A stretch of 61,999 bases of DNA, counting the filler, from Choristocarpus tenellus KU-1152 (Eukaryota > Protista > Phaeophyceae): the NCBI GenBank assembly GCA_964200185.2. It is 11 parts of 11 records of this genome, joined end to end, with 100 filler letters (N's around TTAATTAATTAA, not from the genome) between each part and the next. Parts side by side here need not be neighbours in the genome. Positions count along the whole stretch, not along the records: positions 9,520 to 13,761 come from CAXNAD020015519.1; positions 13,862 to 24,033 come from CAXNAD020003101.1; positions 24,134 to 28,151 come from CAXNAD020016645.1; 8 more parts are not named here. One strand, given 5' to 3'. The notes under the pieces are model-generated. The model ran no database searches. It was given only the letters and a program-made list of their open reading frames with translations, and was not told the origin of the DNA. The translations under genes and the position numbers were made by a program. Below, piece by piece: positions 13,001 through 26,309 of the stretch (positions within the stretch are counted from its first letter, which is position 1; the number at the start of each line of letters is the position of its first letter).

Positions 13001-13761
13001 AATCTGGTGCAACTTCTGTACGAGGCAGCCTTTACAAATACGACCTTGAAAAATATTCCATTCTCATGCGTAGTGATCATCGTGGGTCACAATCAACAAG
13101 TACTATAGATTACCCCCGATAAATGTTTTGAGGGTACCGGTCTTGTACTCAACAGCAACGAATCCGACGAAATATACACCCTACCTCTCACTACATGCTC
13201 CCCGAGCGCATTCGTGCAACCTCATGGCTGGTTACAAAGTCACATTCATGCTTCCATACCGTTGATGTTCTCGTGCTCATGGATTCCACCTTCGCAGACG
13301 ATGAAGCCATTCAAAGAGCGAAACACGAGCAAAGTGAGTCTGTGCGGCTTCTCAAAGAGCAGGGGAACGAGAGTTCGACCTCCCAGTCCATTGGCTTCCC
13401 ACCGATGACGATGGCACTGGAACTGGTACCAGCGACGTTGAAGACACCGACAAGGGCGAACATTCAGGTGGAGGGGGTAATCTCGTCAGCGGTGACAATC
13501 ATCTCGGCGGGCTTGAGGAAACAGACTCTTCCTCATCGGACAGTGACACGGAAGAAGCTGGCTTCCGTCGACGGGGTTGGCCTCGTGCTACCTTGAGATT
13601 GGCGAACAATGGAAACCTTGTCACCGTGAAGGAAGGCAGGTTTGCCTTTTTTGTGGCAACGGAGGCGCCGCTCTTGGTCGGCAAGATCCTAGCGGAGTGC
13701 ATTGACGACGGCGGGGAGCATGGGGTGGGTCTTCACTGGCTTCGGCCGACCAGTGACCACA
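10051..13761 (+). pseudogene. Multi-exon Sola/DUF7869-like DDD transposase pseudogene; exons ~10051-10307, 10764-10927, 11147-11235, 11651-11763, 12016-12161, 12519-12937, ~13260-13761
   Basis: Phase-compatible exons give FMKCDIC, FMSVDAANQ..ALP, HWQ|VDNCVSEIKNNFF, FMMVGHTHISIDQIFSR, ITSYRTFRIEK..GRVKV..K....W. Premature TAA at 12523-12525 and frameshifts near 10073 and 12644. Confidence 0.8.
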
Positions 13762-13904
13762 NNNNNNNNNNNNNNNNNNNNNNNNNNNNNNNNNNNNNNN
13801 NNNNNTTAATTAATTAANNNNNNNNNNNNNNNNNNNNNNNNNNNNNNNNNNNNNNNNNNNNGTGTACCATGAGGTTCGCTCTACCATACTCTTGTCGTTC
13901 ACAG

Positions 13905-16900
13905 GCAAGGGGGGTAATCGGTCGCTGGCGTCACGGATGCTGCGGGGTCAACGTGGTGGCGCCGTCGCCTGGAGTTGGAGCTGCGATCTAGCCGGCGCGA
14001 AATCGGTGCGTTCTCTACCGAACCTCACGCGAAAAGGGACGTATTCCTTTATTATTGATTTGGGTCAGGGGAAGAAGCCCGTGATACTCGCTGTTGACTC
14101 GCCTCAAAAAAGAGATGCATGGATAAGGGTCCTTGATGCCGCACGGGATGTGGTGACCGCCAAGGTGAGCATAACTCCCTATCTTGGGATGGTCTTGCGT
14201 TACGGCGATGCATTTGTGTTAACTTTTTAACAGGACTAAACAAACGTGTTTATCAAGGTCAGGCTTTCCCAACCTAAATTCAGACTTTTTCTCGTAGACG
14301 TACCCCATTAATGAGAGTCAAGACGCGTGTTTCTCTTTATATATGGACGAATCCTATTGAAAACTGTTTCTCAAGATTGGGTTGGGAAACAAAGGCAGAT
14401 GGTAGGCGTGGATTTATCATGTTGTCTTGTGTTTTTTGCTGTGGCAAAATATTTTCTGCTAAGAATTAAATGTTGCAGGTATCTATGTATATTCCTCCCC
14501 TTCTTTTCTTGACTATCCTCAGTATAGTTTTGATGTTCGCCCAGTGTTCATGTGATGGATTGAAGGATTGCCGCCCTATCTTAAAAGTCTATTCTCTCTG
14601 ACGGTTAACTCATTGGTCAACTTTTTTGTACCATCGACAAACATTGTGACCCTCCTAAACTACTTTCTTCTCTCCTCACAACTCCCTATTGTTCTGTCCT
14701 TTTGTCTCTTTTCCCCTCGCATCGGATCAACAATCCTGCTGTAGGACTTCACCCCATTGTCTGTCATTGGAGAGGGCCACTTTGGGAAGGTGCTCCTTGT
14801 ACGTAGAAAAATGAACTCATTGCCGGGGTCAGGGGGTGCCGCTGGAGGGAGATCATTTGCAGAAACCCCAACAAGACCGCCATCAACTTCTTCTTCAGTC
14901 CTTCCGTCTCCGTCATCCACATCAACTCCACGAATTGAGGGAGTAAGATCTACCTCATCATTGATGCTGACAGAGTCGTCCACAAAAGCAGCAGTGTTTC
15001 GACCAAGGTCAGAGGGGCATGGACTGCTATTGGCGGTGAAGGAGGTGGCTTTGACAAGAAACTCGTCTCTGCAGGGGGTGTTGAATGAGAGACAGATTTT
15101 GGGTAGCCTTCCAGAGCACCCTTTTGTGGTAACCCTCCAGTGCGCTTGGCGGAGAGGTGACTTTTTGTATTACGGTCTAGACTTCATGCCTGGAGCAGAC
15201 CTGTTTGAGGTTTTCAAGAGGGTCGAGACGAAAATGACAATTGAGTCTACACGGGTATATGCTGGGCAAATTCTTCTGGCGTTGGAGCATCTACATGCGC
15301 ATGGAATTGTCTACAGGGATCTCAAGGTGAGAGGAACTGAGACTTTCTGAAACATTTTACACCCGAGATGAATTTTTGCGGGTATGGGTGGAGGTGAATG
15401 AGTCAGGTAGTGGAATTTAATAGTGAGACATTTTGTAGTTGAAAGCCAGATTCAGTGATTGGTATGTAGAGTTTTGAGTAGAATTTATCTCAAGAGTGGC
15501 TGATAAGTGCTTGGTATGCATTGTGGGAGGAGACCTAGATCCGTCTTAATGAACTCTTGTATCAAAGGATCAACGTAAACAATCTGAATGCATCAGTAGG
15601 CAATAAATTTGTGGGGTGCATTATTATTCTGTCGTATTTTTTCTGTTTTGAGGGCTAGCTTCTTTCAGGAGTCCAAAGACAGGTGTGCACTGGCTGCATT
15701 GGTCCAACCAATTGTCAAAGGATCGCCCTTCCTTCTGACTGCCTCTGGATTCCTCACACCTTGCTGCTTGTATCTCTGCTGTTGAGTTCAGCCTGAAAAC
15801 ATCTTGGTCGATCAGAATGGCCACCTGCGCCTTGCAGACATGGGATTGAGCAAGCGCCTTGGCCCTGGAACACCTGGAGTGCTGCTGGCACGTACAACCA
15901 CTGTGTGTGGGACTCGAGCATACCTCGCCCCAGAGATGATCAAGCGCACTCCATATGGACTTTCAGTGGATTATTGGCAGTTTGGCTGCTTCATTTTTGA
16001 GTTGTATGCGGTGAGTTGAATGTACCTTGTGCTATACCTAGACTTTTTGATTGTGATGATAGATTTCTGAGGGGGGTCTATGTAAAAAAGGTTACAACTG
16101 CCCCACCAGCAGCACTAGATGAACAGACCATTTGGCTTGCTGGGGGGGGAAAGGTGAGTTTTTTCTGCTGGCAAGAAGAGACTGCCTGCTGCGGTTTGTT
16201 GAAAGTACGTGAGTGTTACGTAACAGATCCCACCAAGTCGTATTTAGTGCACAGTGTGTACAAGAATTCTCTTCAAGAATTTTCTTCGTTGCTGCGGACA
16301 TATCTTTTTGCTCTTTCCCACCTCTCAACTATGTGCACGTTCTGTTCTGATGCGCATGGCACGATCCAAATTTCCAACTCTAACCCTTGATACGTTCTGT
16401 CTCGGAAACTAACTAGCTCACTTCTGTTTTCCTTCAGGGTCACTCTCCTTTCTGGACACCCCGTACTGGTAACCCTGCCAGGGCCAACGACCAGACTGCA
16501 GCTATTATTCTCGGCGGGGAAGTTGCATTCCCAAAGTCAATGGAACCTGCCGCCCGGGACATTGTGAGGGCACTCCTCAAAAGCAACGTTAATGATCGGC
16601 TTGGGTGTAAGCCTGCTGCGACCGTAAGACCCCCTGCCCAGCTTCCTGAGGCAGAGGCTGCTGCAAACGCCATTTGTGCTTCCTCTGGGGGCTTGATGAA
16701 GGGTGCCAGGCCGTTCTCGTTGGGGAGGGGGGGGCTGTCCTTCAGCTCTACTTTGAAAGGAGGTCGACCATCAACTGCCCCACCAGCAGCACTGGCTGTT
16801 GCTGTTAAAGCTGTAGCTGAGGCAAGAGCTGAAGCTGCCAAGGCTGGCAAACCAACCACTGTACTAGAGGAGTCAGATTCAGCAGGGGAGGTGGAAGAGG

Positions 16901-17337
16901 GGAAGGATCTTTCGACGCAGAAGACCAAGGAAGGTGGAGGAGAGGGGGACATGGAGGCGAAATCAGTGGGGGAGGAGGGGACGAAGATATTGGGACTATT
17001 GGACCGTGTTTGTAGTAGCAACAATATTGGTACGATTGTCCCTACCGTGATGCCTGCTGTTCCAGCTGCTCCATCATCTCTTTCCGGTTGGGCGTTGACG
17101 AAGACCCATCATTATTTTGATGGTCTCGACTGGGAGGCGTTGCTGAGAAAGGAAGTGCCAGCGCCTGTGAAACCTGGAGACCCAGGAAGGTCCAAGGTGG
17201 GGAACTTTAGCCGGGAGTATACAAGGCACAGGGCACGATGGGGGGGTGATGTTCACGAGATGAGGGGAGGAGGGCCAGCAGATAAGATGGCCCTGTTCCG
17301 CCAGGAGCTCATTGGGTTCGACTTTGTTCGGAAGTGA
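13905..17337 (+). CDS. PH-domain AGC-group Ser/Thr kinase (PKB/Akt-like architecture), 5'-partial; exons 13905-14164, 14745-15326, 15792-16010, 16438-17337
   Basis: PH C-terminal half (LAVDSPQKRDAWIRVL), GEGHFGKV, AVKE, YRDLK|PEN, LADMG, CGTRAYLAPE, DYWQFG, FDGLDWEALLRK..P.P, NFSREYT, GFDFV*. All three junctions are GT-AG, phase 0. Confidence 0.92.
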
Positions 17338-20300
17338 TCTGCTGTTGTGTCTTCTGAGGAGGGTTGGAATGTTGAGACGAACATTTTTTTTTTTTCTCTC
17401 CAGTCGAAACAAAGACTCAGAAACTGAGGTATTCTTTCCCTTATTTCAAGGGAGGCGAGTGAGTTGTTTTTCTGCATTGTGAACTCTTGCGCACTGGTGT
17501 GCGCTTCAGTCGGCCAGGATGGTTTTTTTACTCTTCATTGATGGATTTTATTTTCACACTAAATTTTTCCAGTTGATTCACAGGTAGACAGACTCTGCTG
17601 GGTGATTTGGAAGCAGAAGTGCACCTCTTCATGCTGCAGTGTGTTGTGTTGGATCATCTAGTGTGTTGATTGGTCCTCTGTTCTTTTTGTTTGAAGTGTG
17701 TGTTCCTCCCTTGAAACTTGAAACTCTGCTTTAGCTGTGACTTGGAGTTTCATCTTAAACTTGTCCTGGGCGTTCTATGCTGCTCGCCTTTCCCCCCAAC
17801 CCCCCTTCTCTTGGGTCATGACTTGTTTGTGGGTGATTTTGGTTTCTGGTTTATGAAAAAAGAGCTTACGTGTTGGATCATGACTTTTGTTTGCAGTGGA
17901 CTGTTCACACGTGCATTGTAATTATGTTTGGCAAAGATCAATTTTGAGATTGTTGTGTTTTATTAATTTGTTTTTTGGGGTTCAATTTTGGGCTCCATTG
18001 TCTGTTTTAGTGAAAAAAAGAAAAAAAGTCTCTTCGATACAAATCTTTGTAGACTGCAAACAGGTCTCTGACCTAGATTTGTTCCTTGGCTTTTGGGGAG
18101 GGGGTGAGAGTGCATGGGAGGCAAATTAATTATGCCAGCACACAGTGGAGAGTCGGGAGAGAGGTTGAGCAGGTAGTAGACATGATGATTCTTCCATATC
18201 CCTTTCTCCATATCCCTTTCCTCTCTTTGGAGGAAAATGAGCAGAGGATTTGGGGATAGGGTTTGCTTCTTCACATGGAATCTCGGTAGTTTTTTTCCTT
18301 CACTGAGCACATGGATGGACTGATTTGGAGATGTAGCAGTATGAATAGGGAGGGAAGAATAGGGAAGGAATTGAAGGGGTTAAGGATGTAGTTATATTGT
18401 ATGTGAGAAATCATGACTGTGGTGGTTTGTTCTTACGGAGTGTGTTACCTCCAGGGGTCTTGGAAGGCTAAGTTTGAGGTGGGATGTCACAGAACAAGAG
18501 GGTTGAGTTGAGCTTGGTGTCACGAAGAGCAAGTCTCATTAGCTGACTGATGTGAGTACATTGACCATTGTGCGATTTAAAAAAAAATATTTTATAACAT
18601 ATCTTGACCATATTTTTGTGGTAGTTTGGGGTCACGTTTGTTGTATAGGCAACGTGTAGGTCTGCATAAAAGATTGACTGGTTGGTGATCCTGTTTCAAA
18701 TATCCAAACATACATACATGAGATTAAACATGAAAAAGAAGCTATAACAATAATACAAAAAGTAACATGTACATTGCTTTTTCCAGAGTGCCTCCGACAA
18801 ACACATGGATCAATCTCTGGGGGCTGGATATTTGCACTCCTCCTCCAGGTAACATTTCCTTGAATTATAGGAGTTGAAAGGAGGGATCACTCTGCTTGGG
18901 GGAGATAAAGAAGACGAGAATTTAATTTTAAGGATGGCTTTTTTTTTTTGCAAAATCTGGCTCTTCTCACAAATTTGTAGAAGGGTATAAAATGTTGACA
19001 ATAAGTTTAGAATGAATTATACCAAACAATCGGAGTGAATCGTGTGATGTCGTACCACTCCGCCTACTGGAAACATTTTGTTAGGTGCCCACATTAATCA
19101 CCAAAGCTACTCCGTGATGTAACTCCTACCTAAGCTCGTGTGGTTTGTGTTGGGAATGTTATTTGACCCTAGCGTACCCTCCCTCAAACTACTGGTGATA
19201 GTGGAGGTATTTTATCTACATTATAGGTGGAGTGCTTCTTCTGCCCCTTGACCAACCTTTCACCCTATTTCACATGTTACTCGTTCTGTTTCAAACAAAG
19301 TATGTATATATTTGAGGGATCTTGGATAATTCTCATTGCTCAAGTGGTTTCCCCTGTATGGGTTTTGGGGGATTCAAACTACATCGTACATGTTCGGCTC
19401 CTTTATATGGAATTATCTAAAGTCCACATGGCAAATACTACTGATTGATTGTACACGATTACTATTTTTTTTTAACTACCGCTGCCCCCAAAAGTACTGG
19501 ACCAAGGTCGAGGTGCGGTGGGGCTTTTATTGCTGAGTGACGCTAAAGCGACTCCACCAGAAGATGGAAGTGGTGGGTTGGCTGAACTCGATGGACTAGA
19601 ACCAATCAATGCGTGAATGAAGGCAGTACATTTTTTGTAGTGTAACATGTCACGTACAGCAATTTGTGTCTACAAATACTCCAGATGATTTGTGGAAACG
19701 TTTCCTGCCATCTTCGAGAATATCCTCACCAAACGATAAAGGGTCTTGATCGTGAAAAGCTAGTACCAGTTGTTCATCAGGTTCGTTCTCTTTAAATTCT
19801 TCCGTTATGAGACTCTGAAAACAATTCTCAGCTGTGTAGAACGTGTTATGTCTTCTTCTTGATCAAAAGATATGCCAATCAAAATGATGTGGCACATGGG
19901 TAGAGGATAAATGTGGGGCTCAAAGTAGGGGCGATATACTCAGAGTTCCCCAAAAGTACTATAAAAGCAGTCTCTCACTTCAGAACGATTGCCGTCGTCA
20001 CCACTGTGAAACAGATGGAAACAAGCCGGCAGGTTCTTCGTAATGGAGGGGAGGAGGAAGACCCAAAGGAGGCAAGGGAAAGGAGAGAGACAAATAAATC
20101 AAGAGGGAGAGCAATCCCTCAGAAGATCACTCAGGACAGGAGTGAACAAGTGGGAAGTGAATGAGGGTGGGTTGTAAGGTTCCCTCAAACCTGGTATTTA
20201 CTTCAACCAGATGTTACCTTCAACATGCAAAAACAAATGTCATACGAATATCAGATTCTTCAAGATAGGTTAACTTCAAGGTATGCCTTCTTTGTTTGGA

Positions 20301-20492
20301 AGATGGCTCTCACATAATCTTTTAGTGCTTTCATATTCAAAAATAATAGTGGTAGTGCATTGTCCACAACTCAGACCCGCATATAAAAAAAGAAAGCCTT
20401 CTTTTGCCCGAGCGTCAAACTAATCCTGAACTTCCTCTTTATTGTGAGAACTGTTAAGGAAACGGTTGCAACGTGAATTCCTGGGACCAAGA

Positions 20493-20751
20493 GAGTGAAA
20501 GTATCTTAGAGGGTATGAGTTTTCTCCTTTTTGTCCGTTTGAGGCTTTGACTTCCCACGATTTTCTTTATGATGCTTTTCTACTCCAAAATATTTGGGAG
20601 TAGATAAAATGTGTACGTTGTGCAAAGGTGTGTTCGGAACAAGGATATTGACACTTCCTATCAAACACGATAGCCAAAATTGTATCAAATTCACAACGTG
20701 TATTTTAGCCCCCAAACGGACCCGGTTCTACCCTCTAAGATACTTTGACTC
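20493..20751. mobile_element. MITE family A, copy A3
   Basis: Both TIRs and the internal sequence match family A; no recognisable TSD. Confidence 0.88.
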
Positions 20752-23662
20752 AGTATAATAGGAGAAGGTGCGGTTGCGAGGGACATTTAGTCTGGGGCAC
20801 ACCTACGAGCAAGACAACACAAATAGAGCGCAGGCCACACTTCTACCTCGTTCCGTTGGATCCTTAGGTCCAAGCAACAACAAACGTCTTACACTTGACG
20901 GAACGTCTGATGGGGGGAAGCCTGTATGTACACCCATGCGCCCACACAGACCTTGAATGACGCCCTCACATTCTCTACTTCGAATGGAATAAAGTAGGTT
21001 TGTAAAAGTATATTTCGTCAGGACGATTGCCTACAAACCCACTATTTGTGGTACGCGTGAGGAACCTGATTGCAGTAGGAACAATGAGTGCGAGGAAACA
21101 GTGCCAGACTGGAAACGAGCATCAGTCACTGAGGGTACTGAATACAAATCAAATCAACCTCCCCAACGAATCTCATTTGCCCCCTACGTATGTGGTATCG
21201 TGGTTATGATCCAAGGGAAGTGCTCTCCATTGATCCCAGTTAGTATGGTGATCGTAGGTAGCGGAGTGTATTGGTAAAAACAATCATTAAAATTCTCGCG
21301 CGTCTAAACCACGCGCAAAATCTCTACTATATTTCCATCTTTGACCATCAATTCTACCCCCTCTACCCCCATCTATGATTCTATGTATTACGTATAAACA
21401 ATAAAGTAAAGTTAAATAAGTGTTCTCCCCTCCCCAATTATGGTTCCTTTTTTACTACAACGTAAAATGAACTAAAACGAAAACAATCAATTTGAGATGC
21501 AGTATATAAATAAATCATGGTAGAATTGGTTCTTTTGTAGTAGTCGTTGAGGATACAATAGAAATAAATGTACTAACCCTAACTCAACGTCACGGCCCTG
21601 CAACAAAAAAATTGAAGTGGTTCTCTCCTTCCAAACAGGTGAACTTCCAACAGTTTGGGAGATTCATTCTACAGATTCAAGATTAGAGTCAGATATAGAT
21701 GGGATAATATATATATATATATATATGGTGTTTGTTGGTTGTTGGTGTGGCATCAGGGGTCACTACACTTTTCTTTACACTTTACCCCCATTCAATTTGG
21801 AAATAAGACAATCAAATCGTACCAATTCAATAGTGTATTTGGCTTTTTCTTTGAAACATCTGGAAACTTTAAAAGGCGTAATAATATATATATAGCGAGT
21901 GTTTAAGGGAGTGTTGTAGTATAGATGGTAGTCAAGACAGTAAGAAAATAATTTTTGGAGAGATTCTTTCAATTTACCATACCTGTTAGCTTCACGTGGG
22001 TCGTTGTGATATTGGTTTGGCTTCTTCCCTACCACATGTACAAAATGTGAGAGGGCATAATAATATTAGTATGGCAGGGGGACAGGTACGACAGCACACT
22101 CCAATAATGGTGAAACGTCTGCACCAATATGGAAGGTGATAGGTATCCCTTGCACTACGGAGGACGGTAACCCTTTCACAGTGGACAGGAATCTCCCCAT
22201 GGATGTGTGGTGTTCCATGCAGGGGCACCGGCGGACGTCGGAACAGCCCCCTACAGGGACAAAGAGGCCATCTGCTAGATGTCACCTTCGCAGAGGTACA
22301 GGCAACCTCCCACCTCACCCACTCATCCACCAGCAATGGTGTAGCTGCTGCTGCAGCTGAGAGGCACGAAAAGGCACCCGCTAAGAGGGCTCTTTTGATC
22401 CTCGTAGTTACAACCTCAACATCTTTGCGGTGGAAATTTTTAGGCGCCTCGGCAAGCAAGCGGAATGCTTCCTGGATGAGCTGGCTACTCACATGATAGG
22501 GGGGAGAGGAGCGGGAGAATGTAGCAGGAAAGGAGTAGTTAAATCCCGGCTACAACACGAATTGTTTCGGTAGCTACGCAACTGGCACTGTCTAGACGTC
22601 TCATACGTTTTAAGCTGGAATCACCAGGGAGATGGGCACAGAGGGGTTTATTGGATTCTTATGATGCCTCCCTAGCTCCTCCCCCAGGGTACAGGTATAG
22701 GTAGTTTGGAGACACAGGAAGGCAGTAGTACAACATAGATAGTGGTGAAGTAACAAATGGATTAGTATATTTCATATCTATGACATTTTTTTTCTTCAAG
22801 GCTTATTATACTGACAATGTGTATAGTTTCCATTGGTTTTCCCCTGACACATCTGCAAATTGTCAGAGGGTATGATAATAAAAATAATATACAGTGTGGT
22901 GTGGAAAAGCAGGGTTGTCTATTTCTATTATCATACCGTTGTTCCTTATGACATATAACGACATACCGATTATGGTTCTTTTTGATAACTTCGTTTCAAT
23001 TGTGGAGGAAAAAATATATATTGTGGAGGATCTTGGGGCATAATAATAAAAATATATCTTGGAAGGATAGGTTTCTGTCACATTCCCATAACATCTCTTC
23101 ATAAACACGTTTTCTGGGGGTGGATCTCCCATCAATGAAGAGTTAATTTTCTGCACCCTGTGCGAACAGTGATCCTCTCCACTTCCTCAGTCCTTATCCT
23201 CTGGAATTTTATGCAGTTCTCTTATTTCTCAGAACGAAACGAGATACAATGAGGGCAATAATAGTTTTCATTGGTTTCCCCCCTGACACATCTATCTGGA
23301 AAATGTCAGAGGGTATAAAAATAAAATGATCTAAACTGCATTTTCATCGATCCCTTGGCAATTTTATTCTTTTTACAGTTAGCTCTCGATAATTTACTCT
23401 GTATATTTACTCGGTGTATTTACTCTGTATATAATACCAACAACTAACTCTTTGTCCTACATATATACTCTTTTTATTATTATGCCTGTATACAAAATAT
23501 CCTGAAAACACATAGAAACACCGCCAACATGCGGCTTTCGTAGGATCACTGGTGGCTACTCTCCCCACCCTCGTAGCAAGGCAGCAAGGGCCTCATGGTG
23601 CGTCCTTCGCACAAGCTATCTATACGAGCCCTACGATACCGGCCTTAGGATTGTCCATTCGC

Positions 23663-23920
23663 GAGTCAAAGTATCTTAGAGGGTAGAGCCACGTCCATTT
23701 GGGGGTCAAAATCCAAAGTTACAATTTGATCTAATTTTGGCTATCATGTTTGTTAGGAGATGACAATATCCTTGTTCCGGACACTCCTGTTCATAACGTA
23801 TTCATTTTACCTACTCCAAAGCATTTTGGAGTAGGTAAAATATCATTAAGAACCCGTGGGAAACCGAGCCCCAAATGGACAAACAAGGGAAAACTTGTAC
23901 CCTCTAAGATACTTTCACTC
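23663..23920. mobile_element. MITE family A, copy A4 (reverse orientation)
   Basis: GAGTCAAAGTATCTTAGAGGGTA ... TACCCTCTAAGATACTTTCACTC; no recognisable TSD. Confidence 0.88.
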
Positions 23921-24903
23921 CACACCCTCCTTTCTACAGGTGTCCCCTCAGAAGATCCTGCGGGAATCATTAGCCAAGACTGGGTAACCTGGGGGGAAAA
24001 AACACCCCCTGCACCTGCCCCAGAGGTACATATNNNNNNNNNNNNNNNNNNNNNNNNNNNNNNNNNNNNNNNNNNNNTTAATTAATTAANNNNNNNNNNN
24101 NNNNNNNNNNNNNNNNNNNNNNNNNNNNNNNNNCCCCCCCAAGATACTTCGACCCCGATCAGTTTCCAAAGCATGGCGAGAAGGTTGGGGGTTGTGTGTA
24201 CCGATTTGGAACAAGAACCTTAAGTAGGAAAACATAATGTGGAACCGCGAAAGTGAAGGCATGAATGCACCAGTTTGAAACGAATATGGCCATTTTGGAA
24301 CGTACTTTGAAGTAGAAATTTGGTACGTTCTGTCGGTAGGTAGAAGCCATCAAATTCTAAAGTGAGGTTACCGCGTTTTTTTGGACCAAGCTACACGCGC
24401 GTATTGATACCACCACGGGTTAAATCGAGATCGTCTTGTGACACGATATGAACCTTATCTGAAAAGTTCCAATCAATCGTATCGGAGCCCTAACACGTGC
24501 TTATCAATGTTGTCACCACATAACATTCGAAAGACGGATGTTGTGGCACGTGGAATTGGATCGTGGAATCTTTGTTCTATTTCGGATCAGTTGTCTTATT
24601 ACTCTCAACATATGTCACTGCAACCCATGTTCCAATTTCGGGAAAAGGTTCGGTTGGATTCGCTGGAATTAATTCTGACGATAGCCACCGCATTGCAACT
24701 ACGTCGACGAGTTAGATGTAAGGTGAAATCTGTCTTTTCGCGGATTGGGTTGAATGTTCGAGATGTAGGTAATTAATGTTGGTTAGGGTTAGGGTTAGGA
24801 TCATGGGTTTTGCCTTCTGGGCTTACACTGTCAGCGACTGGGGTGGCATAAGACGGTTTATGAACTGTTTAGATCAAATAAATTATAGATATGCTTGACT
24901 AGT

Positions 24904-25650
24904 GATGTTGGTAATACCACTAGTGGCAGCTGGTTGGTGTGTACACGGTTCTAATGGCAATAAAGACGGGGACATCTCATTTGAAAATGTAGGTGATAAC
25001 ACTATTGACAGCTGGTGTGTGCACGGTTGTAATGGTAAGAAATACAGGGTATCGAATTTGAAAATGTTGGTGGTACCACGGCTGACAGCTGGTGTATACA
25101 CGGTTCGAATAGTGATAAATACAGGGCATCGAATTTGAAAATGTTGGTGATTCCACGGCTGACAGCTGGTGTGTACACGGTTCTTGTGCAAAATAGGACA
25201 ATAGTGAGGTGTACCTTATTTTGTGTGTGAGAGATGTAGTTAATGAGATAGTACATCCGGATTATGAATGGGAATATGTATGGGTTTTTATTCTGCATTG
25301 AACTACTTTCACATAACCATGGACTTATGTATGAGACACAAATAATAATAAACAAGGGCAATGAGAAGACACCCCACAAAGATCACTCTTCTAATGTCAA
25401 CCATGTAAATCACACGTTCAGCAATGGGGAACCGTGTGAGGCTTCACACCTTCTTGTCTTCACTACTGATAAATAGCATTACCTCCCAAGGTAAATTGCA
25501 CAGTTCTAATGATGATAAATACGGGGGCATCTCCTTTGAAAATGTTGGTGATACCACTAATGACAGCTGGTGTGTGCACGGTTGTAATGGTGCTAAATAC
25601 AGGGCATCGAATTTTTAAATGTTGGTGATACCACTAGAGACAGCTGTTTG
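24904..25650. repeat. 77-bp minisatellite: ~3.6 units (24904-25184) plus ~2 units (25503-25650), separated by ~315 bp of unique DNA
   Basis: GAAAATGTTGGTGATACCAC..GACAGCTGGTGTGT.CACGGTT.. recurs at 24983, 25060, 25137, 25538 and 25615 (period 77). Confidence 0.85.
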
Positions 25651-26309
25651 GTACAAGCTCCGAATGCAAATGACCTCATACATATGTGTAGAGACGTGTG
25701 GTTGTGTTCACGACGGAGAAAATCGCAATGAGGGGTGGATATGTTGGAAAATCTTCAACACCGCACATGTCGCCAATCTCGGCCTAACGAGAGCATTTGC
25801 TCCCTAGATTTCAAATCACAATGACATGGAGGCCTCTTAGTGTACACCAAACAAATTGTCTCCAGTGTCGACAGATCCGTGCTATATACAGCGGGATAGA
25901 CAGACTGGCGTGCATGGAGTTTTCTTTTTATTTTGACGTAATATTGCTTTCACTCGGAATTGTGTCTGGAGCTTCCTAAAGATATTTACACAGGTGGTGA
26001 CACTGCAGTGGTAGTCGAAATTGGTATGGTCGTAGACCTGAAAACCTTTCTATATAACGTGATGGGGTCTCAATCGCTACGACTTTGCACGGTATTGTGC
26101 GGGAAGGAGCTGTGCACAAATGTTACTGGTATCCTGCATTCTATACAAGTAACACAATGCGGCATGATCTGTGATGCAGGTGAAGTGTCTACCCCAAAGA
26201 TACGGTCGCCAATGCATGATGGCTGTAACGACTGCATAACATCTCTTAATGGAGCTGAATAATGACGTTGAGCTTCATTAAATTTATTGCTCAAGTATGC
26301 AACGATAAC

